Source: Eledone cirrhosa (lineage: Eukaryota). Taken from it: a DNA stretch of 64,000 bases. Of this stretch, positions 37,291-57,720 are shown one piece after another (position 1 is the stretch's first letter; each line of letters starts with the position of its first letter). The notes beneath the pieces were generated by a model, which saw only the letters and a program-made list of their open reading frames with translations, made no database searches and had not been told where the DNA came from. A program made the translations under genes and the position numbers. The DNA lies in assembly GCA_964016885.1 (NCBI GenBank), contig OZ024742.1, forward strand, positions 6,572,001 to 6,636,000. The letters run 5' to 3'.

Positions 37291-38915
37291 AGAATTCACA
37301 AGAATCAAAGCTATGTTCAAAGCATTTATTCACTTACAATTGTTTCATCCAAACCTAGGCTTGGAGTCTTCGGAGCATTTTTCAATGTTTGTACATATAA
37401 TTGACCTCCTTTCCAACGCAAGAGACATTCAGATACATATATATATATTGATGTACAATGGAGTGACATATATTATACTATACTATTTTTGTACAGCAAT
37501 TCAAATTCAAGATCAAAATCAAAATCAAAATTAAAATAAAAATCAAAATTAAAATACATTCGGCAGATAACACAGATAATGCAGGAGGATAGTTTGATAG
37601 ACAGATCTAGTAGGTAGTGTATGCGTTAGTTACACGTGGAGCATGCAAGTGTGTCTCATTTATATACGATTATTGTGTGGCAAGGTGTTACATGTAATGC
37701 AAGCACTTTAAGCGGATAAGCAAGAGTATTATGGTGGTTGTAGTGGTAGGGTATTTTTTGTATAGATCAAAAAGGTATGTGTGCAGAACAAGAAAAATAA
37801 AAAGAAGAAACAAAAGAAAGTTATAGTTTTCGTATCCACCACCATTTTCACATTCAGAAAAAGTAAGACTTATTTTTACATCCATCACATAAGTAACGAT
37901 GATTCCGTAATGAATGTTTGATGCATTAAATTATTGTAGCGTATTGAGGCTCAGTGTTATTTAATCCATATTTATAGAATAGGTTCTTTCTGCTGAGAGA
38001 ATTTACAGTGGTTTATTACCCGGAAATAGGTGTGTAATTAAGGGGAGTTAATGCGTAAGGGGAGGTAACTAGCTGATTCTCATAACTAAATTCATTGTTC
38101 TAACATACACTATATGGTGCCTCATTTGAGTCCCTTATATAGACGGTTATATATTTATATCTAGTTTTCAATTTTAAATACAGTCAACTCTATCATAATG
38201 TACTAAAGGTATCTATATTAAGTTGATTACTCCTTATTATATAGTGCTATAATTGAATATTCCATACAAAGTGACATACCTTTATATCAAAGTTCACTGT
38301 AAATCCAGTCTACTCTCAAAACATATCAGGGGACCTATTAGAATTGTGTCTACATAACCCCTGGAAAGTTATGGAGCAGCGTATGGCTGTTTGCATGGCA
38401 AAACCAAATACATCTCTAGGGCAGACAAATACATCCCTCATTTACAATGTCATTAATCTATCCATCAAGTTATACTTGCATATATAATTCATATATAATT
38501 CATTGCAGCACCCTACATATAAGTTAGACAGATCCCTTATGTTAATAAATTAATCCTAAATATATCTAATGTTATTACTCCATACATTTAATTACAATTG
38601 CATATATAATTCACTGCCGGATCTAGTATTTAAAGTTTATATAGACTGTATTATATCACTACATAATCATAAGTAATTGAAAGTAATTATATTAAAAGTA
38701 GGTGTTTATGGGGATATTTCTAGGGTATAAAGTTATAGATAGATGGAATGATTTGTGTCGAGATAGGGTGGATCAGAGAGTGTGGTGTTGTGGTGTAAGG
38801 TGTGCCCTTGAGGTGTAGTGTTAGAAGTGGTGATGGGTTCAAGTCTGACATTGTTATATATTGGGTTTAAAGTTTTGGAAGGAGTGCCGGAAGCGGTGCT
38901 GGCACGACGCAAACA
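37291..38915 (-). mobile_element. Diverged second copy of the 3' 1.6 kb of the Naiad-type PLE at 19190-23018
   Basis: Colinear reverse-complement match from ASCQHRFRHSFQNFKP to ..GTGAATTC(TA)n, with the same 3' end. Confidence 0.92.
37332..37377 (-). ncRNA. Type I hammerhead ribozyme, CCGAAGA core
   Basis: GCT-CCGAAGA-CTCCAAGCC/TA/GGTTTGGAT-GAA-ACAATTGT-A-AGT, then AATAAA. Confidence 0.7.
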
Positions 38916-39225
38916 CATCAGCAACAACATTACCACCATCACCACCACCACCAACAACAACATCAAAAACAACACCAACAGCTCCACCTCCATCACCACC
39001 ACCAACAACACCACCTCCACGACGGCCACGACGACCACCACCACCATCAATAACAACAGCACCACCACCACCAATACGACGACGACCGCCACCATCAATA
39101 ACAACAGTATCACCACCACCAACACCACGACGACGACCACGACCACGACCATCAATAACAACAGCACCACCAACATGACCGGCACCACGACCACGACGAC
39201 CATCATCAACAACAACAACAACTAT
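38916..39225. repeat. (ACC/AAC/ACG)n tract
   Basis: Direct inspection. Confidence 0.92.
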
Positions 39226-39469
39226 AAGACAACAAGTAATAGGTGGCAAGAATAATTGGTTGGATTTTGATTCAACATTTTGATAAAGGCGTCGCTAAGA
39301 AAAATCAAAGCCGCCATCTTGCCTCAGGCTGTTCCGATCAGTTTCAAATGGTTTTACTAAAGATCAAAGATAAAGGTTTTTTAGCTGTCACTTCAACATT
39401 ACAGACTGTTTATTAGATTACATTTTGAAACGAATTGTGTTTGTTGTTTCATGGTTTCGTCTGTCTTTG

Positions 39470-40390
<921 letters not shown>

Positions 40391-40797
40391 GGGAGAGATG
40401 ACCCCTTAGCCTTTGTCAAGGCAGAATTCTAGGAGAAGGAAAACTCTGATATAACACCTGCAACCCTGATGGTATCCAATGATGTTGACTTTTTCTTCTT
40501 TTTGGTAAATATCATCTTGGTTAAGAGAGTGGGACTGGCTTTGTGCAGTGCCTTTGCTCACTATAAAAGCTTCACGGCACAGGCATTGCTTTATATCTGG
40601 AGATCTCTCTGCACTTGTCGTCACATGGTACCATGGGCCCAGCACTATGTGTCAATAATAGTCACAAGTGTAGTGTTTGTACCAGAGTTTTCAAGTCGCT
40701 GGTTGGACTAAAAAGTCACACTCGTTCAGCGCATCGGTAGGGGTTCTCCTACTTGGATATAAAGTAGTGGCCGTACTCGAAAACGAGTTGGCAGCCA
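40391..40797 (+). mobile_element. Non-coding interspersed repeat with RTE-5'UTR-like motif (copy 1, 5'-truncated)
   Basis: Near-identical to 61367-61769 in reverse. Contains CTAGGAGAAGGAAAACTCTG. Both copies end at GAGTTGGCAGCCA next to (TA)n. Confidence 0.7.
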
Positions 40798-40800
40798 CCA

Positions 40801-46096
<5,296 letters not shown>

Positions 46097-46100
<4 letters not shown>

Positions 46101-46170
46101 CGAAGGAGGTGTGGTAAGGAACCAGATGGACCAGAACGCACCAGAGTACTCAATACTTAGGGTAGTAGAG
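46097..46170 (-). repeat. Solo fragment of the 46.3-kb pLTR family
   Basis: ATAACGAAGGAGGTGTGGTAAGGAACC..CTTAGGGTAGTAGAG between (TA)n tracts. Confidence 0.8.
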
Positions 46171-46206
46171 TATATATGAGTATCTCTCTCTCTTTCTCTC
46201 TCTTTC

Positions 46207-46277
<71 letters not shown>

Positions 46278-46281
<4 letters not shown>

Positions 46282-47425
46282 CGAAGGAAATGTGGTTAAG
46301 GAACCAGGTGGACCATAACGCACCAAAGTACTCAATACTTAGGGTAGTAGAGTGGGTAATAGGAACGAGTAGGACCCCGACGGCTGAGCGTCGAAACGGC
46401 TTGAGCTCAGCCGTCGGGGTCCTACTCGTTCCTATTACCCACTCTACTACCCTAAGTATTGAGTACTTTGGTGCGTTATGGTCCACCAGGTTCCTTAGCA
46501 CATTTCTTTCGTTATCAAGCTCCTATTCCCGTAGTAGAGCACTTTCCGACCCTACCACGCCGTATCCTGACTTTTACGCTAAGCTCAAGTTCTTTCACCC
46601 GCACCATGCGAAAACACAACATTGACTTTTCTACCAAGAACATCCCAGTCCCACCGAAAAAACTTTACCTTCGGATGCTCACGCAAAAAATCGATCTATT
46701 TGCGAAAAGACTTAGATGGAGAACTTTTTTCTACGACAGATATTGCGACAATAAGGACTTCGGTACCAAGGAGAGATTCTGATTTATTACCTACAAATCT
46801 CCCCCTCCGAACCCTATGTCTCACCCTTCGAGAATGACCTTTTCCAACTGGTCAAGAACATTAAATTCAAACCCAGACACAACCGATTCCTACAAAAACT
46901 CCGTAGCAACTTAACAGAGTATGATAACACCAATGACATCATGGTGCACTCGGATAAAACTGGTAACCTCAACTTTGTCAACCCCGACAGATACCACACA
47001 CTGATCAGGAGCAGCCTAAACTCCACCTATAAAAAGGCTAACCACTCATGCATCGAGGACATAAATCGAGATGGACAACAAATTACCTCCAGCCTCGGGG
47101 TCGCCGACCGCACGGAACCCTTAGACCCACGGACACCCTACTTCACACTGAAGGACCACAAATCCGATTTCGACCGTAAACCTTCTATCAGGCTTATAAA
47201 CCCAACGAAGTCCGACATAGGGAGAATCAGCAAAAAAATCTTAGACCGCGTTATACCAAAAGTTAAGCAACGCGCCAGACTTAGCCTATGGGTCAACACC
47301 CAGGAAGTTATCTCATGGTTCAGCAATATGGAGGACAAACGAGACACTAAATTCATCCAGTTTGACAGTCCAGAATTAGCCGTCGAAACGGCTTGAGCTC
47401 AGCTGTCGGGGTCCTACTCGTTCCT
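46278..47425 (+). mobile_element. Internally deleted Naiad-type PLE with palindromic 5' end
   Basis: Inverted repeat 46278-46390/46405-46515, ORF start, and a direct terminal repeat at 47366-47425 before (TA)n. Confidence 0.82.
46606..47365 (+). pseudogene. N-terminal part of Naiad-type PLE ORF
   Basis: MRKHNIDFSTKNIPVPP..RLRWR..PFENDLFQLVKNIKF..SDKTGN..TLKDHK..RLINPTKSDIG..FIQFD. Contains a stop and a frameshift, then breaks off. Confidence 0.88.
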
Positions 47426-47556
47426 ATATATATATATATATATATAAATAATTAGTATATCTAGTAACATATATATACACAGATGCATACTTATGCTAGC
47501 AAATATATAGGTTTTGTCTTAGTAACGTTGTGGTTCAATGCATGGGGTTGCAGAAC

Positions 47557-47715
47557 AATAATATGAGAGACGTAAAATAAGAAAATTATAAAATTGACTT
47601 ACTTACTAAAATTTCACTCCCAACTAATTAGTTTCTGAAACTAATTAGTTGGGAGTGAAATTTTAGTAAGTAAGTCAATTTTATAATTTTCTTATTTTAC
47701 GTCTCTCATATTATA
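47557..47715. repeat. Perfect ~79-bp-arm palindrome centred on GTTTC-T-GAAAC
   Basis: Arms are exact reverse complements. The right arm starts with an HHR 3'-half-like GAA-ACTAATTAGT-T. Confidence 0.9.
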
Positions 47716-47870
47716 TATATATATATATATATATATGTAGATAAATCTACCAAGAGTTTACGGTAGTGTCCAATCCGTATGAAGAACTCAATGTATTCCG
47801 GATATCATGGAAAGAAGAGATGTAATGAAAAATCACTTTCGGTGAAAGATAAACGGTATACAGAGTCAAG

Positions 47871-49366
47871 ATAAAATATTAAACAAATAATGAATAAACA
47901 ATGAGACAGTTCCTTATATTAAACAAAAAAAGGTTCATTTTTTAACGATCGTTTCTAGGATATATATGTGTTAGAATTGGCATGCATATTCAACAGATCT
48001 ATGTACAAAATTATACAAAATTATACAAACTATCAAGATTAAATATACATACCAACACATATATACGCCGTCTTCAGAAATAATGAAGTATATTTATTGA
48101 TAATAACAACAATTCAAAATTTCAGGTCCGTTTGGGAACAAAATTGACCAATGAAAACACAAAGGGTTAAATGCAGTTCGGTGTGTGTATATACATGTAA
48201 AACCCATACACATATTTTACAAAAATGTATGTATAATTTGTATACGCATACTAAAAGGATGGATGCAAATACAAAATTTCAAGGTTAATGTCTCTGTAAG
48301 TTTATAATGCACAGATAAGATGCGTATTGACACACAAATATGAAATTAAGTATATAAATATATTTTTTCATACTCTCACATATCCGTACAATCACACATA
48401 CACGCGCGTATATGCATAAATATACACATAACCACGAACATACAAACACACACACACCCCCACTCACATTTATATATGTGGATATAAAATCATAAGCACA
48501 TGGATATTAATTCACTCACATAAACACTGGCACACACATTTAGATCAAGATACAGAAATTAGGTGGGAGGGGGGGGAGAGGTCAGTATTCAACGGTCTGA
48601 GCAGACTGCCTAATATAGATGTATACATCTATATTAGGCAGTCTGCTCAGACCGTTGAATACTGACCTCTCCCCCCCTCCCACCTAATTTCTGTATCTTG
48701 ATCTAAATGTGTGTGCCAGTGTTTATGTGAGTGAATTAATATCCATGTGCTTATGATTTTATATCCACATATATAAATGTGAGTGGGGGTGTGTGTGTGT
48801 TTGTATGTTCGTGGTTATGTGTATATTTATGCATATACGCGCGTGTATGTGTGATTGTACGGATATGTGAGAGTATGAAAAAATATATTTATATACTTAA
48901 TTTCATATTTGTGTGTCAATACGCATCTTATCTGTGCATTATAAACTTACAGAGACATTAACCTTGAAATTTTGTATTTGCATCCATCCTTTTAGTATGC
49001 GTATACAAATTATACATACATTTTTGTAAAATATGTGTAAGGGTTTTACATGTATATACACACACCGAACTGCATTTAACCCTTTGTGTTTTCATTGGTC
49101 AATTTTGTTCCCAAACGGACCTGAAATTTTGAATTGTTGTTATTATCAATAAATATACTTCATTATTTCTGAAGACGGCGTATATATGTGTTGGTATGTA
49201 TATTTAATCTTGATAGTTTGTATAATTTTGTATAATTTTGTACATAGATCTGTTGAATATGCATGCCAATTCTAACACATATATATCCTAGAAACGATCG
49301 TTAAATAATGAACCTTTTTTTGTTTAATATAAGGAACTGTCTCATTGTTTATTCATTATTTGTTTA

Positions 49367-49375
<9 letters not shown>
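47871..49375. repeat. 1.5-kb spacerless palindrome (arms ~750 bp) carrying an HHR in each arm
   Basis: Centre GTA|TAC at 48623/48624. About 3 differences seen between arms. Confidence 0.95.
49159..49312 (+). ncRNA. Type I hammerhead ribozyme with greatly extended stem II
   Basis: TTCATTATTT-CTGAAGA-[~115 nt, self-pairing]-GAA-ACGATCGT-T-AAATAATGAA, 10-bp stem I. Mirror copy at 47934-48087. Confidence 0.72.
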
Positions 49376-49415
<40 letters not shown>

Positions 49416-49846
49416 GCGCGTGAATGTGTATATGTTCGCTACCATTCTTGTGTCCGTGTGTAAATGTTTGTATGTATGTGTATATACATACCAATATATG
49501 TGTATCTTACACACATACAGACGCACATATAGACGCACACACACATACACAGACACACACCAACACACATACACACACACACACTGACACAGACACCGTC
49601 ACACACACCAACACACATACACACACACATGTATCTATCAATCCATCAAACATCTCCCTCTGCCAAGAAGTTTTTATTAACTTTTTCTCAAACATTCCCA
49701 ATCACGTGTATACATCGATATACACAACAGAATGGCGTCTATAGGCAAACATACACCAACACACACATACACACACACTCACAAACACACGCAAATACTC
49801 TCACATATATACACATATATTTATACATACATATATATATAGAGAG

Positions 49847-50018
49847 AGTATTTACGTTTCGAGAGAGAGAGAAAAGGAGGGATAAGTGATACATGTAGTT
49901 ATTTGCCAAATAGTGTATGCAGAGGGTGCTCAATACTAGTGCCGGCAGTGTTAAATATTAGAAGTGTTAATATTTAGTGGGCGAGAGAGTTAGCAGAGCG
50001 ATATAGTTACCAGCTTAA
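49847..50018. repeat. Repeat (probable inverted pLTR piece), second copy at 52748-52908
   Basis: AGTATTTACGT..GATACAT..CTAGTGCCGGCAG..GAGTTAGCAGAGCG occurs twice, each next to (TA)n. Confidence 0.8.
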
Positions 50019-50019
50019 A

Positions 50020-52166
50020 AATAGAAAAGTACACAAACCCGTACGTCCCTCTGACGCCTAGATTATCTCTTAAGGATCACAAATGTAACTTTAATGAAAG
50101 CCCCTCTATTAGACTAATATGTCCCTCTACATCTGATATAGGTAAGATTAGTAAAGCGATCCTCGATAGAATACTACTGGAGCTTAATAGAAAGGTTAAG
50201 GTCTGCCTCTGGGGCAACACCGACCAGGTCATAAATTGGTTCACCGAGTTGCCTGATAAAGCGACTCTGAAGTTCATCCAGTTTGACATAGATAGTTACT
50301 ACGCCTCTATCTCCCCCCATACTCTTAAATAAGGCACTCATATTAGCTAAATCTAACACTAGCCTCACTAAAAAAGAAATAGACATAGTTCTAGCGGCGC
50401 GTAGAACCATTATCCAGTTCGAAGGCTCCCACTGGACTAGAACCAACCGTCCTGATAACTTGGATATCACGATGGGGTCCAGCGACTCAGCGCAAGCAAC
50501 TGACCTGGTCGGAATATACCTCCTCCATAAGCTTAAGGACGAGATACCGGCCCTACAAGGAGGTGTATATAGGGACGACGCCCTGTTTACCTTTACGAAC
50601 CATAACCCTCGTAGGATTGAGAACCATAACAAGCATATACACAGGTTCTTCAAGTCAAACGGCCTATCCGTAACTATAGACCTCAACCACCAGGTTGTCA
50701 ACTTCCCGGACGTGACCCTGGAGTTGAGTACGGGCCTATACAAACCATACCATAAGCCTGGAGAGAGCCTTTCTTATATTAATTATGCCTCCAACCACCA
50801 TAAGCAGACTCTCAACTCCATAGTCTATAGCATCTCGCATAGAATCTCGAGGCTCTCCGCCAATGTGTATATCTTCAACCAAGCGGCAGATTACTACAAT
50901 AGGGCCTTGATAAGAGCTGGCTTTAACCTAACGCTAGATCCAGAACCCCCTCCCCCTCATAAGACGAACGTTATAGTAACCTATAACCGATCACGCGGCG
51001 ACTTCGTAGGAGTCGGATATAATAGTATAGATAATCGCACTAAGGAAAGCGGCCGCAACGTTAATTACACTGGCGATGGAATAGGTAACTTACCACACAA
51101 TAAAGATCACGACCCCGGTGACAGTGACCACTGTAGCCTACTCGAATTATTCCCCTACTATGAAATCAACAAAGGCGACGGCCTACTACCAACGCCTTCC
51201 AACCAACATCTTCCTGTACATAAACATAGAAGAAGGAAGACAAGTTCACCCGAGCATAAAGTGAAAGGGGCACGTAACGAGCTACAGCGCATTAACATGC
51301 ATAAGAACAGTCATCTTGATGGAACCACCCGTAGCAAACGTACAAGGACACGTAATCGCCACAGTAACGTCCTATGGTTCCATCCCCCTACTCTCGGAGT
51401 GTGGCCTCCAACATACCCCGGAAATTCTTCTGGCCCGTTCAAAATTAGATTTCGAACACATCTCCACTCTTTTACAAATAAGAAATTAAGACACTCCACT
51501 TCGCTCGCGGACTACATCATATCATTAAAAGACTTAAACATCAGCTTCTCCACGCACTGGGATATTGTCGCCAGGGCTGCACCGTACAACTTCAAGAGGA
51601 AGTGCTATCTTTACCTCATGGAGCTCTACCACATCATAACTGCACCTCACGAGTTCATCAACAGCAGAGCTGAAACGACGATAACCTGTACAAATCGCTT
51701 AAAAATATCCTTCTTCAGATAGGATAAGGATGAGAAGTAAAACCGTATACCGGGTCTCCCTGCAACAAGCTTTAACATCCCGGCGGGTAGGCGCTGAAAA
51801 AACATCCGGAAACTAACCATGCATCCCAGAACCAGCTTCAAATGACCCAGGCGGGCAGGTGAAGAAAAACAAACGTCTCAGAATAAACGTTGCTTACCTG
51901 ACCCTGTGCGTATCGACAATGTTAAGGGTGTAACCACATCTTGTAACGGATAACAAATTTGTCCGGGAAAGACTGCCCTAACACCGGCCATAGTTACCTC
52001 CCTTGACCTACTGCAATATCAAAACACGCTTTTCTTGCGAAGAATGAACTCTGACATGAACTTATCTAAAAAATCACTTTCCGGGCCCATCCGGGCGAAA
52101 CGTATGTAGGTGCTGATTTAAATAAACATGTATTAACGGTCTGTTCTCCGATTCTTACTTTTCCAC

Positions 52167-52168
<2 letters not shown>
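50020..52168 (+). mobile_element. Naiad-type PLE, 5'-truncated and internally deleted
   Basis: RT remnant, 3' UTR with AATAAA at ~52121, then (TA)n. Confidence 0.85.
50030..51722 (+). pseudogene. PLE RT + partial GIY-YIG endonuclease
   Basis: PRLSLKDHK..RLICPSTSDIG..FIQFDIDSYY (frameshift ~50310), MGSSDSAQ, VYRDD, SNH, WFHPP, then the EN C-half FKIRFRTHLHSF..FINSRAE..CTN. Confidence 0.9.
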
Positions 52169-52211
<43 letters not shown>

Positions 52212-52214
52212 TAT

Positions 52215-52285
<71 letters not shown>

Positions 52286-52339
52286 CATATATATATACAT
52301 ATATATATATACATATATATATATATGTATATATATATT

Positions 52340-52383
<44 letters not shown>

Positions 52384-52384
52384 C

Positions 52385-52433
<49 letters not shown>

Positions 52434-52526
52434 CATATATATATACATATATATATATATTTATATATATACATATATATATACATATATATATATATAT
52501 ATTTATATATATACATATATATATAC

Positions 52527-52579
<53 letters not shown>

Positions 52580-52580
52580 C

Positions 52581-52633
<53 letters not shown>

Positions 52634-52672
52634 CATATATATATACATATATATATATATTTATATATATAC

Positions 52673-52715
<43 letters not shown>

Positions 52716-52716
52716 C

Positions 52717-52747
<31 letters not shown>

Positions 52748-52908
52748 GTATTTACGTATCGAGAAAGAGAGAAAAAATGGAGGGATAGGTGATACATATA
52801 GTTATTTGCCAATTAGCGTATGCCAAAGGTGCTCGATACTAGTGCCGGCAGTATTAAATATTCGAAGTGTTAATATTTAGTGGGCTAGAGAGTTAGCAGA
52901 GCGTAAGC

Positions 52909-52943
<35 letters not shown>

Positions 52944-52982
52944 CATATATATATACATATATATATATATTTATATATATAC

Positions 52983-53093
<111 letters not shown>

Positions 53094-53232
53094 CACATAT
53101 ATATATATATACATATATATATTCCAGTTCCTCAGTGAAATAACAACCCAACCAGGAACTGGGCATATCAGAGTATTAACAAGGTTATACATCTCAACAA
53201 CATATGTACTTGTCTATACCACACTAATTCGG

Positions 53233-53287
53233 ACTGCCTGAAGAGGTCACAGCCAAAGATGGCTGTCACCGAAATATATATAGCAGT
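53233..53287 (+). ncRNA. Type I hammerhead ribozyme in a solo ~220-bp module (53122-53340)
   Basis: ACTGC-CTGAAGA-GGTCACAGCC/AAAGAT/GGCTGTCACC-GAA-ATATATAT-A-GCAGT, then AATAAA. Confidence 0.85.
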
Positions 53288-53333
53288 AATAAACGAAGCT
53301 AAATTTTAAACATTTGACTTATTTATTTTATTT

Positions 53334-53536
<203 letters not shown>

Positions 53537-53563
53537 CATATATATATACATATATATATATAC

Positions 53564-53688
<125 letters not shown>

Positions 53689-53699
53689 CATATATATAC

Positions 53700-53840
<141 letters not shown>

Positions 53841-53841
53841 C

Positions 53842-53872
<31 letters not shown>

Positions 53873-53884
53873 CATATATATACA

Positions 53885-53922
<38 letters not shown>

Positions 53923-53945
53923 CATATATATATACATATATATAC

Positions 53946-53982
<37 letters not shown>

Positions 53983-54111
53983 CATATATATATACATATA
54001 TTTACATATATATATACATATATATACATATATATATACATATATATACATATATATATACATATATATACATATATATATACATATATATACATATATA
54101 TATACATATAT

Positions 54112-55022
54112 ATAAAAACAAATAACGAAACCAAATTAAATTTCGTTTCGCTTCTAACTCACTTTTGTATGACTGACGCTTAAACAATTAAGTTAAAGTG
54201 TACATCTACAAATGTATACGGAAGTATTAGTATGCATATAAATACACACATGTATACATATGTACATGTACTGAGTTTTTCACTAGACACTTTACAGTGA
54301 GTGTCAGCTAGTCTGTATGTAACCACACAGACGGACCGGGTTTTAGAGTCATACGAGTTTTCAAGGAAACACATTTCCTCTATTCTCCAGAGGGCCAGAC
54401 AGGAATATTGGACTAGTTTCGATGTTATTACATCTCATCAGCAATATTTACCCATCTTCCGGCTTCTCTGGAGAATTGTAAAAGCACATATCGTTATATG
54501 CTTTTTCTATGAAAATTAGTAGTGGGTAGACTAATTTGCATAGAACTTAATTGTTTAAGCGTCAGTCATACAAAAGTGAGTTAGAAGCGAAACGAAATTT
54601 AATTTCGTTTCGTTATTTGTTTTTATCGTTTCCGCTGAACCGGTGCGTACAATGACTCACGTTCTATGCAAATTAGTCTACCCACTACTAATTTTCATAG
54701 AAAAAGCATATAACGATATGTGCTTTTACAATTCTCCAGAGAAGCCGGAAGATGGGTAAATATTGCTGATGAGATGTAATAACATCGAAACTAGTCCAAT
54801 ATTCCTGTCTGGCCCTCTGGAGAATAGAGGAAATGTGTTTCCTTGAAAACTCGTATGACTCTAAAACCCGGTCCGTCTGTGTGGTTACATACAGACTAGC
54901 TGACACTCACTGTAAAGTGTCTAGTGAAAAACTCAGTACATGTACATATGTATACATGTGTGTATTTATATGCATACTAATACTTCCGTATACATATGTA
55001 GATGTACACTTTAACTTAATTG
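54112..55022. mobile_element. Retrozyme-like 469-nt unit present as an inverted, circularly permuted pair
   Basis: AACTTAATTG at 54544 and 55013. The minus copy spans the unit junction. HHR in both copies. Confidence 0.82.
54759..54803 (+). ncRNA. Type I hammerhead ribozyme (canonical)
   Basis: AATATTG-CTGATGA-GATGT/AATA/ACATC-GAA-ACTAGT-C-CAATATT. Identical mirror at 54404-54448. Confidence 0.92.
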
Positions 55023-55569
55023 TACATATATATACATATATACATATATATACATATATACATATATATACATATATACATATATATACATATATATATA
55101 TATATACATATATATACATATATACATATATATACATATATATATATATATATACATATATACATATATATACATATATATACATATATACATATATATA
55201 CATATATACATATATATACATATATACATATATATACATATATACATATATACATATATATACATATATACATATATATACATATATACATATATATACA
55301 TATATACATATATATACATATATACATATATATACATATATACATATATACATATATATACATATATACATATATATACATATATACATATATATATATA
55401 TATACATATATACATATATATACATATATACATATATATACATATATATATATATATACATATATACATATATATACATATATACATATATATACATATA
55501 TACATATATATACATATATACATATATATACATATATATACATATATATACATATATACATATATATAC

Positions 55570-55736
<167 letters not shown>

Positions 55737-55742
55737 CACATA

Positions 55743-55776
<34 letters not shown>

Positions 55777-55797
55777 CATATACATATATATATATAC

Positions 55798-55978
<181 letters not shown>

Positions 55979-56193
55979 CATATATACATATATATATACA
56001 TATATATACATATATATATATATATACATATATATACATATATATATATCTATATATATACATATATATATATATACATTTATATATATATATATACATA
56101 TATATATATACATATACATATATATACATATACATATATATATATACATATATATATATACATTTATATATATATATATACATATATATATAC

Positions 56194-56290
<97 letters not shown>

Positions 56291-56295
56291 CATAT

Positions 56296-56348
<53 letters not shown>

Positions 56349-56565
56349 CATATATACATATATATATACATATATATACATATATATATATATATACATA
56401 TATATACATATATATATATCTATATATATACATATATATATATATACATTTATATATATATATATACATATATATATATACATATACATATATATACATA
56501 TACATATATATATATACATATATATATATATACATTTATATATATATATATACATATATATATAC

Positions 56566-56679
<114 letters not shown>

Positions 56680-56767
56680 ATATACACATATATATATACA
56701 TATATATAATATATATATATATATGTATATACATATATATATAAATACACACACACACACATATATC

Positions 56768-56815
<48 letters not shown>

Positions 56816-56912
56816 AATGAAGTAATTCCGTCGGAAAAGTCCAGGAAAAAAGAGTGCTCTATGTAGGTAACAGAGCTTAATAATTATGTAATAAACAACA
56901 TAAGGCAATTAT

Positions 56913-56970
56913 TCCATTTACCAGTGGTTTCTTAAAAGCAAAAAATTTTGCTTTCAATCATCAGAATGAA
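56913..56970 (-). ncRNA. Type I hammerhead ribozyme
   Basis: TTCATT-CTGATGA-TTGAAAGCAAA..TTTGCTTTTAA-GAA-ACCACTGGT-A-AATGGA. Partner at 60435-60491. Confidence 0.8.
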
Positions 56971-57253
56971 AAAATCCTGGTGTATTTATTGACATTGGAT
57001 TCTAAAAACAAATTCCTATGATAACTCAACTACCCTCAACTCCTTTCCCGCTCTTTACTTCCACTACGGTTTTTTTACCTGCTGAATCCACGTTCTGTAC
57101 TCTTGTATTCTCTTTCTCCCTTATCTCCCCTTATATTTAAACATTTTCCTATGTCATTCCCCCCCCCCTCTTTTTCCCCCCTATTTTCTTGCCTTACCCT
57201 TCACATACCAAACATTTTTTTTATTTTTAGATATTAATTTTTTTTGTGTTGCG

Positions 57254-57303
<50 letters not shown>

Positions 57304-57392
57304 GGAGGTGAGTTTTATTGTAGTACAATAAAGCAATGCAGATATCGGATAAGAAGCACTCTACAGTTTGTAGGACTGGAGTATACATAATG

Positions 57393-57720
57393 TATAAGAA
57401 CAAAAGATGGTTAAAAGAGTTCCATGTATTTTATTATGCGCATTTCAAAAACAAATATCATCATGCAATAATATTTGTGTTTTCATCAGATAAAACAGGA
57501 GGACATGATATGAAGGTTAAAAAACACTTGTGGATAGTTCAGTTTTAAATCAACACATCCATATGTTGATTTAAAACTGAACTATCCACAAGTGTTTTTT
57601 AACCTTCATATCATGTCCTCCTGTTTTATCTGATGAAAACACAAATATTATTGCATGATGATATTTGTTTTTGAAATGCGCATAATAAAATACATGGAAC
57701 TCTTTTAACCATCTTTTGTT

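Noticed and set aside
40406-40711. 79-80 aa ORFs duplicated at 61449-61754, and identical ORF pairs in palindromes
   Set aside because: They recur only because the DNA repeats are near-identical. No recognisable domain.
52070-52112. HHR at the 3' end of the 50-kb Naiad (GCCC-ATCC-GGGC-GAAACGTA)
   Set aside because: Only stem II and the 3' core are present, with no CTGANGA upstream. At best degenerate.
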